Below are positions 1-6,836 of a stretch of 64,000 bases of DNA, piece by piece. Position numbers and translations under genes: made by a program. The notes under the pieces were generated by a model that searched no databases, was not told the DNA's origin, and saw only the letters and a list, made by a program, of their open reading frames with translations. This DNA comes from Pseudomonadota bacterium (GTDB lineage Bacteria > Pseudomonadota > Gammaproteobacteria > Pseudomonadales > Moraxellaceae). The DNA is taken from the NCBI GenBank assembly GCA_021833365.1, contig JAKBFV010000001.1, forward strand, positions 2,750-66,749, given 5' to 3'. Position 1 is the first letter of the stretch. The number at the start of each line of letters is the position of its first letter.

Positions 1-996
1 AAAATTTTCGGCCACGATTGAGTCAGCATGCTCGCTAAAACTATTGAAGAGCTCACTCCATAAGTTCATGCGTCCGGCCATGATCAAACGCTCGAACGTT
101 TTAATCGCCCCATTTATGGATTCTCGGCATTTTTCGAACTCTGGATCAACCTTGGCGATGAAATTTCGGTGCTCCTTGAGTGCCTGCTGCAGAACACCGA
201 TATTCTCAGCCAGCAGTTCGCGCACTTTAACCTTGTTGCTTTCTATGATGTCTTCTCTGAATGTACCCAGTCTGGCGTGCAAAACTTGGGCAAGCGCCTG
301 CATCTGGCTGAACTCGAGCATGGCTCTGGTTAACGCGAAATGCTTCAGGTAATTGCGTTGCTGGATCACTAAGTCAGCGTCGCGCGATGGGTGGATGCTC
401 GTTTTCCCGGTGCCTGGACTTATCGCCAAGGACGAAAAGGCAAGCAACCCTTGGACACAGTGCCCCGGAAGAAGAACATCCATACCCAATACTGACTTCA
501 GAACATCCATTGTTTGCTTTAACGCAGTGCCAGCACTGCTATGGCTTTCCAGCGACTCCCGATCTTCATCAAACTCATATGCATCAGCATTGCCACGCAC
601 ATTGACGATTGGGCAAACTTGAGTGCCGCGGCGTAGGTATGAATGGATCTTTTCGGCCGTCGCCTTCTCCGGCTTTTTATTAGTTCCATTAACGTAGAAC
701 ACCAGATGGGCCTTGGCTATGGCCTCACGCACCATATGTGCATACTTGTTCTCATCGCCCTCGATGCCTGGAACATCAATTAGCTGAAAGGTTTTTCCCT
801 TGTAGTTGAGCGTATAGAGGGTGTTGCCTTTGGTGAAGTCTGCTGCGCCGGTGCCGATGATCCGCCCGTCTACTCGGCACACTTCTACTCTTTGCTTTTC
901 CAGTGATATTGCCGATTGCGTCAAAGCCGGGAATCGAGCACTCAGGAGATCCTCTAACTTTTCGGACGGACTGATCAATTCTATCGCACTTGTCAT
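1..996 (-). CDS. GTPase-like protein, distal part of a split P-loop GTPase (partial, 3' end beyond left edge)
   Basis: Not in the ORF track because it runs off the window. Hand translation from ATG 996-994 is open for all 332 codons down to nt 1 (MTSAIELISPSEKLEDLLSARF...). It contains a DxxG-type G3 motif (FQLIDVPGIEGDE) and a possible degenerate G4 (IVNVRGNAD), then a long helical region. The ATG lies 1 nt after the TAA of ORF 998-1561. AT-rich. Confidence 0.6.
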   Translation of the reverse strand, partial: MTSAIELISPSEKLEDLLSARFPALTQSAISLEKQRVEVCRVDGRIIGTGAADFTKGNTLYTLNYKGKTFQLIDVPGIEGDENKYAHMVREAIAKAHLVFYVNGTNKKPEKATAEKIHSYLRRGTQVCPIVNVRGNADAYEFDEDRESLESHSSAGTALKQTMDVLKSVLGMDVLLPGHCVQGLLAFSSLAISPGTGKTSIHPSRDADLVIQQRNYLKHFALTRAMLEFSQMQALAQVLHARLGTFREDIIESNKVKVRELLAENIGVLQQALKEHRNFIAKVDPEFEKCRESINGAIKTFERLIMAGRMNLWSELFNSFSEHADSIVAENF

Positions 997-997
997 G

Positions 998-1561
998 TTA
1001 GACTCCCACAAGCATGGCGAACGCACCCGTCACCACAACCCCCAGCGACGCGCCACCAATGGCAAACAGCCATAGTTTGCGTTTCATCCGGGCGGAGGAT
1101 TCCTCCTGCAGCATCCGACTCAATACAGCAGCGCCCTTTTTTATCGCTATAACTTCGGCAGCAAATTCTGCGTAAACACTTTTCAGTCCCTCGCTGACCT
1201 GATTCACGTGGTCAGAAAGCGCAAGTTCAAATTTCACTATATCCTGGGCATTCTGCTGCAGCAGTTTCTGACGGGAATCTTCGTTGAACAAGATGCGTAG
1301 CGACTCGATGATGGTGCTCTTGCCGGCATTAGTTTCACCGAAAAATGCTATGGTGAATTTTTCCCACTCAGCGTGCTGTTCTAGCAAATCCAATTCGCCA
1401 TCAAATCGAGCCTGGATTCCGCGCAGTCTTTCCATCATGTTGCTGAGTTCTTGTTTACCATCCTTATGTTCTACCTTAAGGTCGGCAACCTCCGTTATGG
1501 CAGCAGCGATGCTTTTTGAAACATCCTCGTACAGTCGACTAAACTCTTGACCCGTATTCAT
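998..1561 (-). CDS. coiled-coil P-loop (G1/Walker A) protein with C-terminal transmembrane anchor
   Basis: 187 aa. FFGETNAGKSTIIESL is a GxxxxGKS/T P-loop. The N-terminus is helical and the C-terminus has a hydrophobic helix (LWLFAIGGASLGVVVTGAFAMLVGV). The ATG at 1561 is preceded by a GGTGAGGG RBS. No DxxG or NKxD motif inside this ORF. Confidence 0.65.
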   Translation of the reverse strand: MNTGQEFSRLYEDVSKSIAAAITEVADLKVEHKDGKQELSNMMERLRGIQARFDGELDLLEQHAEWEKFTIAFFGETNAGKSTIIESLRILFNEDSRQKLLQQNAQDIVKFELALSDHVNQVSEGLKSVYAEFAAEVIAIKKGAAVLSRMLQEESSARMKRKLWLFAIGGASLGVVVTGAFAMLVGV

Positions 1562-1686
1562 CCCTCACCACCCCCATATTTTCCGACAGTCTGTCAGGAT
1601 TCTTATAAATTCGAATCCGTTGTCTTAGACAATCAAACAGCAAAATTCAACGCGATTGCTAAACCCAAAAGCGCAAACTTCACATT

Positions 1687-2253
1687 TTAAGCGCCTAAGA
1701 TAACACTAACAACGCACCCTATAGTACCGCCCAAAACAAATCCCATTACCGTCCCTGACCATCTTATAACCTCCAAGTGCGAACGTGTATTGTTCTCTAA
1801 ATTATCTCTGAACTGTTTGTCTTCCAATTTATTTAATGATTCAGATACAGACTTACCAATATAATCAGACAAGTCATCATTCAAAAAATCTTCAATCTTC
1901 CTCATTGCCTGATCGACAACATCCCATTCAATAAGTCTATCAAGTTGGCGAAGTTGATTACGTTGAGAGCATAGCTCATTAGCCAACAAATCTATAACGA
2001 CACTCTCTAGGTTATCAAAAAAACTATCCACGCATTGTTTTTTATTGTTCTCAGGAAGACTATTCCACGAATTGACATAAGCAGGGTATGCAACCTTAAG
2101 ACATGCATCCAGATGCGTTTTTATTGGTGACGATGCATTTAAAAATTCAAACTTTTCTTCAACAAGCCTTTTCCCAATACTTTCTAGGGATTTTGAGATG
2201 TCATGCGATTTAATAAAAACCCCCTTAAACCATCCAACATCAAACTCTTCCAA
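1687..2253 (-). CDS. hypothetical tail-anchored membrane protein
   Basis: 188-aa ORF in the AT-rich cluster. Acidic helical body with a single C-terminal hydrophobic helix (VMGFVLGGTIGCVVSVILGA). The start codon is TTG (2253), 17 nt after the stop of the upstream ORF. No recognisable family. Confidence 0.5.
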   Translation of the reverse strand: MEEFDVGWFKGVFIKSHDISKSLESIGKRLVEEKFEFLNASSPIKTHLDACLKVAYPAYVNSWNSLPENNKKQCVDSFFDNLESVVIDLLANELCSQRNQLRQLDRLIEWDVVDQAMRKIEDFLNDDLSDYIGKSVSESLNKLEDKQFRDNLENNTRSHLEVIRWSGTVMGFVLGGTIGCVVSVILGA

Positions 2254-2270
2254 AATAGCATCGCGAAGTT

Positions 2271-2867
2271 TTAATACGCTATCTTTTTTGACAGCTCAAC
2301 AAGTGATTTTCCAAAACAGTTCACAAAAGCCTTTTCAACGCTACCATCTCCAACAGCATTGGAAATGACAGCAATCTCATTACTATTCAATTTGTAATTG
2401 ATAATTTTGTCATGAACGAACTGCCGAACATGCTCACTCCAAAGCGACTCCAGCATTTCAGCAGCTTGCCGCTTATCTCCAAGTATCTTGTCCAGCCACA
2501 AGTACACCTTGTCCTTTGTATCTTTATCATGAGTTAGTTCATGCAATCGATTTCGAATTTCCTTTGAATTTATAATTTCACTTTTAACCCATGCGCCGAT
2601 TTCATTCGAAACTACTTTTTTATTTTTTTCAACAGTGCCATACATTTTTTCAATCGCAAACCAATCACACAAACCACCTACCAACGCTCCTTCGGCCGCA
2701 TGCAAAAGAATATCTAATATTAAACTTTTTCCAAAACGCTCAATAAAAAACAGCACAATCAACAACGAAACACCTGCCGCAAGAAGAATGGACAGGCTGA
2801 TCGTTTTTTTAACAAAGAATGGTCTACCTACACCCAAGAATGATTCAACCAGATTATTATTTGTCAC
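2271..2867 (-). CDS. membrane protein, DUF445-like N-terminal motif
   Basis: 198 aa with a GTG start. N-terminal TM helix (ISLSILLAAGVSLLIVLFFI) is followed by GALVGGLCDWFAIEKMYG. This resembles the conserved GGlADWFAV motif of DUF445/YjiN-type proteins, recalled from memory and not verified. Confidence 0.5.
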   Translation of the reverse strand: MTNNNLVESFLGVGRPFFVKKTISLSILLAAGVSLLIVLFFIERFGKSLILDILLHAAEGALVGGLCDWFAIEKMYGTVEKNKKVVSNEIGAWVKSEIINSKEIRNRLHELTHDKDTKDKVYLWLDKILGDKRQAAEMLESLWSEHVRQFVHDKIINYKLNSNEIAVISNAVGDGSVEKAFVNCFGKSLVELSKKIAY

Positions 2868-2960
2868 ATTTAATCAACCAGAAAGAGTTAACATTACACA
2901 TCTTAAACAAGCCCATTCATGTCATCATGCGACACAAACGCAACACCAATATTTGTCATT

Positions 2961-3419
2961 TTATTCATACAGATTATTCGCATACCTTTCTTCAATTTGC
3001 GCTACAACTTCCCCAAAAAATTTAATTTGAAACCGCACGTCTGCGATCTCTTTATGAAAATGTTCAGCATTTACCTTCAAGCGATCTTCAATCATTTCTA
3101 ACTTATTAACAGCTGCACTGATGCGAGCAGCTGCCCTTGCATCTCGATGCTTCTTGTCCAAAACATATTTTGGATCTTTGGCGGCAATTGACTCCTTAAA
3201 ATGCTTCAGCCCCATAAAAAATCGTGAGCATCCTGGAATAAACAATACCATTAATTCTGGAACATAAAATGCCTTATCTAGCACAGTCATTGGCCCATCT
3301 TCAAAAGCATGTCTTAGCTGATTCTTAACATCATTAAGGTCATGCTCAATTTGATCTTTTATACTGCGCAGATCTTCAGAATCCGTTGTTGTCATATTAA
3401 CATTACCTTCAATTTTCAC
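2961..3419 (-). CDS. hypothetical helical protein
   Basis: 152-aa ORF with a GTG start at 3419. The ATG at 3395 with an upstream GAAGG is a likely true start (144 aa). Charged helical sequence with one short hydrophobic stretch (VPELMVLFIPGCSRFFMGL). No family recognised. Confidence 0.5.
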   Translation of the reverse strand: MKIEGNVNMTTTDSEDLRSIKDQIEHDLNDVKNQLRHAFEDGPMTVLDKAFYVPELMVLFIPGCSRFFMGLKHFKESIAAKDPKYVLDKKHRDARAAARISAAVNKLEMIEDRLKVNAEHFHKEIADVRFQIKFFGEVVAQIEERYANNLYE

Positions 3420-3543
3420 TGACAGCCATTAACACACTTAATACCACAGCCTGTCTGATCACAATAGCAATCTAAAATACTAAGAAATTCTTTTAGACTT
3501 ATACGTCTTGACTATCAAAATCATCCAAATAAAAAAATAATGC

Positions 3544-3807
3544 TTACTCATCAACCTTATCTTGGTTTCTTTTAATGTATTCCAGCATCTCGTTCATTCT
3601 CTCTTTATCCGAGGACTCTGAGTGTTTTAGTTGAGGTGTGAATATTTTATCCAACATTCCAGCCTTACTTGAACTGATCTTCCCGCCGCATCGCGGGCAT
3701 CTTCTGGGTGGAGCAAAGAATGAAATCGCATCGCTCTTATAATGATGGATGGCGCTCCAGCTACAATTCTGGCATTTGAACTTTAATGTCCCAGGTGGCA
3801 TTACCAT
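3544..3807 (-). CDS. small Zn-ribbon protein
   Basis: The track ORF 3544-3894 overlaps the upstream gene. The ATG at 3807 sits 2 nt downstream of the WYL gene's stop (TAG, 3812-3810) and gives 87 aa: MVMPPGTLKFKCQNCSW...RRCPRCGG, i.e. two CxxC pairs (Zn ribbon) plus a charged C-terminal helix. Confidence 0.55.
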   Translation of the reverse strand: MVMPPGTLKFKCQNCSWSAIHHYKSDAISFFAPPRRCPRCGGKISSSKAGMLDKIFTPQLKHSESSDKERMNEMLEYIKRNQDKVDE

Positions 3808-3809
3808 AG

Positions 3810-4769
3810 CTATACATTCTCCTGTTCTTGCTGCTTGCCACTTTCTGCAAGATTTGGAGTGAGACGTTCTGCCTGCATGGCTCGTAGCCACCACTGCAGC
3901 TGCAGCGTATCCGCTACCGTTGCAGTGACTTTGACGCGACCATCCGGTTGCTTTTCCAGTTGCTGGTCTTCACTTAAGCGACATTCTGTCAAATGCTCTG
4001 CCGCCGCCTCTGAAAACAGCGCCTGCATGCATACCTGTTGGCCGTTGCCAAAGCCCATACCGCCCTGTTCGATGAATGCGTCGAGATCAAATTCTTCCGT
4101 TCTCTCTGCTCTCGCCTCCTGCATTTCAGCTGAGAACATACGGTGCATCGCGTAGCTGCGTATTCCCTCAGCCCCCTGCATTCGCGCTAGAAGGTATAAA
4201 ATAGGGCCGCGTTGTACCAGTCCTAGAGGATGCAGGCAGAGCCGCTGCGTGGCCTGTTTTGAGCGGCTCTCGTAAACCACGTCCACCTGGTGATTGAGCA
4301 GCAGAGCCTCTTGCACTTGTGCCAGCACCTTGGCGTTAATTTCGGGTGGAATCAACGGCTGATTGGCGGGAACAACCCTGACCTTATGAAACCAGGGTTT
4401 TTGTTCATGCTGCACCTGTTGCCGGGCATGTTCAAACCATGGACGCAATTCATCGAATACAATAGCCGGCATCAGGAGCTTCAGGTGCTCTTCAGCCATG
4501 AGAAAGACCAGTGCTTTACTCGGTTGTATGAGCGGTTGCAAGGGGGCTTTATCGGAGTCCATCCACCAACCTTGTGGATTCTCACCATCACTCTCAATGG
4601 GAAATATTTCTTTCAGTTCATTCAAATCACGCTGAATGGTTCGCAATGGAACATCAACATTAGCCAACTCTTTAAGTTGCCTTTCAATGTCACGGGTGCC
4701 AACACGTCGTGTTAAACATTGCAGAACCAATAATTGACGCTGCGTAACTTTTAAAGATTCTCCCTTCAT
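3810..4769 (-). CDS. WYL-domain transcriptional regulator (wHTH-WYL-WCX; YafY/BrxR/CapW type)
   Basis: 319 aa. N-terminal wHTH (LRTIQRDLNELKEIF). Central WYL-like segment (HPLGLVQRGPILYLLARMQGAEGIRSYAMHRM). The C-terminal extension has typical length for the family. ATG at 4769. Confidence 0.8.
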   Translation of the reverse strand: MKGESLKVTQRQLLVLQCLTRRVGTRDIERQLKELANVDVPLRTIQRDLNELKEIFPIESDGENPQGWWMDSDKAPLQPLIQPSKALVFLMAEEHLKLLMPAIVFDELRPWFEHARQQVQHEQKPWFHKVRVVPANQPLIPPEINAKVLAQVQEALLLNHQVDVVYESRSKQATQRLCLHPLGLVQRGPILYLLARMQGAEGIRSYAMHRMFSAEMQEARAERTEEFDLDAFIEQGGMGFGNGQQVCMQALFSEAAAEHLTECRLSEDQQLEKQPDGRVKVTATVADTLQLQWWLRAMQAERLTPNLAESGKQQEQENV

Positions 4770-5060
4770 GCTGACAACCTTCTGGCCATTAATAATGAAG
4801 GAATAATGACATTCACTTTACGACAATTCATCGTTGCTCTCCAAGCCGACCGCTGATGTGCATACCGCATAAGAGGTTGGTCGATATCCCCAACGAAAAC
4901 GTAAGAACCTGCCAAGGCTAGCATAATTAGTGTCTGCATCAAGATGGTTCTCATCATGTTCAGCTCTGAATTTTTGCATCTTAAAATTTATTTCATTTAA
5001 CGCCGATTCATGCTCCTGCTGAACCGGCCTCAAAGAGAACTACATATCAATGAAATGTGG

Positions 5061-5906
5061 TCACATGGCCTGAATTTCTTGTGTGCGTTTCTGTGTCAAG
5101 CTGAGCAGACACTGCAAAGCCGCCCGCTGGGCATCAGCTTCAGACGCATTCATGGATCCACAGGAGGCGTCTCGCTGCTTGATCCAGGCGCGTTGCTGAT
5201 CGCGCACTCCTTGCCGTAGCGCTGGTCCCAACCTCGCCATCATTGCCTTGTACGATTCATTGAGCTGTAGGTCTGCCTGATTGTAGGCATCAAGCAAGAT
5301 TGCTGTCGTTGGAATGGTCGCTGCCTGTGTTGCCGGCGCACTCACCACTGGAGCTGGAGCTGGAGCTGGAGCTGGAGCTGGAGCTGGAGCTGGAGCTGGA
5401 GTCGGGGTGTTGTTGGCCAGGGTGGGCGCGCTACTAGTGGCATACTCTGCCTCATATTGCGCCAGAGTCTTGCTATTATGTTCCTGGATGGCTCCGATCA
5501 CAGCGAGGATCACAAACAACGCAGCGGCGGATGCCAGCATCGAAAAGGCAGCGATGTCCCATTTTCTCTGTACCGCCCTGAAGTGATCAACATCGCGCCA
5601 TGTGCCATTTCGCCAGGCCCACTCGCGCCCCTTCACCGCCAGCACGAAAGGCATGACCAAACCCAGCACCGGCACCAGTGACAAGAGACCCACCCATGTC
5701 TTGTTGCCGATAGCCCAGATCAGATTGAGAAACAGCGCTCCCCACGACCATCCTGCCACCCCTTCAGGCAGAGGTGGGGGTGGTGGAGAAGGCTGACTTG
5801 CTACCTGCGCTGCCGTCTGTCCTTGCGCAAGCGCTCCGCAATGCGGACAACTCAGCGCGCTATCATGGATTTGCTGACCACATCCCCTGCAAAACATCAT
5901 GCCCAT
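5061..5906 (-). CDS. Zn-ribbon / membrane / DUF1311 (LprI-like) domain protein
   Basis: 281 aa. N-terminal double CxxC (FCRGCGQ...CPHCG), a Pro-rich linker, 2-3 hydrophobic helices and a (PA)n linker. The C-terminus carries the QRAWIKQRDASC signature typical of DUF1311. RBS GAGGAG upstream of ATG 5906. Confidence 0.7.
   Translation of the reverse strand: MGMMFCRGCGQQIHDSALSCPHCGALAQGQTAAQVASQPSPPPPPLPEGVAGWSWGALFLNLIWAIGNKTWVGLLSLVPVLGLVMPFVLAVKGREWAWRNGTWRDVDHFRAVQRKWDIAAFSMLASAAALFVILAVIGAIQEHNSKTLAQYEAEYATSSAPTLANNTPTPAPAPAPAPAPAPAPAPVVSAPATQAATIPTTAILLDAYNQADLQLNESYKAMMARLGPALRQGVRDQQRAWIKQRDASCGSMNASEADAQRAALQCLLSLTQKRTQEIQAM
5348..5401. repeat. perfect tandem hexanucleotide repeat (CTGGAG)x9, encoding the (PA)n linker on the minus strand
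   Basis: Read directly from the sequence: ctggag repeated nine times with no interruption, in frame within CDS 5061-5906. Confidence 0.9.
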
Positions 5907-5933
5907 TTTTAAGTCTCCTCGAAGATTTTCAGC

Positions 5934-6151
5934 TCAAACGCAGTATTTTTGGGTGAATTCCTGGTCGTTGGTACCGGTCAGGTAGATGATGCCTTCGACC
6001 AGGGCGACCAAAGAAGGAATCCAGGTCCAGAAAAACACCAGGTACAGGAAGCCGAGGCCGGTTTTCCCGCAATAAAACTTGTGGGCGCCAAAGCCGCCCA
6101 GGAAGAAGGCCAGCAGGATGGCCGTTACTCGACTGCGCGGATTAGGCGCAT
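5934..6151 (-). pseudogene. TM2-domain protein gene, 5'-truncated fragment
   Basis: Hand translation of the minus strand gives ...AILLAFFLGGFGAHKFYCGKTGLGFLYLVFFWTWIPSLVALVEGIIYLTGTNDQEFTQKYCV*, with the stop at 5936-5934. GGFGAHKFY-G is the TM2-domain signature. The frame has no start codon and runs into the MITE-like element, where a stop lies at about 6162. Confidence 0.6.
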
Positions 6152-6330
6152 GGCGGTATTGTCAGGTTAACTTTCCCTGGGAAAATGCGTTCCCACTTAG
6201 ATGGGGATTTAATGCATGAAACACGCAAAAATCCCCACCTAAGTGCTCTGGATGGCATTAAGCGAGCCCCCTTGGCCCCACTTCTGGTCGCGCACTTGCT
6301 GATAAATGCGTTAACGTGACAATACCCCCC
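6152..6330. mobile_element. MITE-like element (~180 bp) bounded by 18/20 terminal inverted repeats
   Basis: Left end GGCGGTATTGTCAGGTTAAC (6152-6171). The right end, reverse-complemented, reads GGGGGTATTGTCACGTTAAC (6329-6310, one more G at 6330). There is an internal 16/17 inverted repeat: CACTTAGATGGGGATTT (6194-6210) with AAATCCCCACCTAAGTG (6229-6245). No ORF. Flanked by two different truncated genes and no target-site duplication is visible. Confidence 0.4.
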
Positions 6331-6836
6331 AGCTCATCCAGGATGATGAGATCGGCATCGACCAGCCGGTTGGCCAGTTGTCCTTGCTTGCCGACAGCCT
6401 TTTCCTGTTCCAGCACGTTCACCAGTTCAATGGTTGAGAAGAAGCGCACCCGCCGGCGTTGATGCTGGATGGCCTGCACGCCCAGAGCTGTGGCCAGATG
6501 GGTCTTGCCGGTGCCCGGCCCGCCCACGAAGACCAGATTGTGTCGTTCGGCCATGAAGTCACCGCCGTGCAGTTGCCGCACCAGGGCTTCGTCGACGGCA
6601 GACTGGCCGAAGTCGAAGTTGCTCAAGTCACGGTAATGCGGGAAGCGGGCACACTTGAGCTGGTAGGTGATCGAGCGCACATCGCGTTCTGCCACCTCGG
6701 CCTTGACCAGCAGATCCATCAGCGGCAGGGCCTCGTGATAACGTGGACCACCCTGCTGGGCCAGTTCCTGGAGGGTCTGGGCCATGCCATGCAGGCGCAA
6801 GTGTTTGAGCATGTGGAGGATGGCGTCATGCGACAT
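6258..6836 (-). pseudogene. istB: IS21-family helper ATPase IstB, 3'-truncated
   Basis: Walker A GGPGTGKTH and Walker B LIILDELG are present. The sequence diverges immediately after LDELG at about nt 6330 into the MITE-like element (GIVTLTHLSASARPEV...*), so the ORF is 192 aa instead of the roughly 250-265 aa typical of IstB. Confidence 0.75.

Noticed and set aside
4818-5033. 71-aa minus-strand ORF between the DUF1311 gene and the WYL gene
   Set aside because: It has a TTG start, no RBS that I could recognise and no motif, and its sequence has a mixed character. It may be a small protein or leader, but the evidence is insufficient to annotate it.
5348-5401. Tandem repeat considered as a possible CRISPR-like or regulatory array
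   Set aside because: The unit is only 6 bp with no spacers, and the repeat lies in frame inside a CDS, so it is a coding microsatellite. No CRISPR array was seen anywhere in the window.
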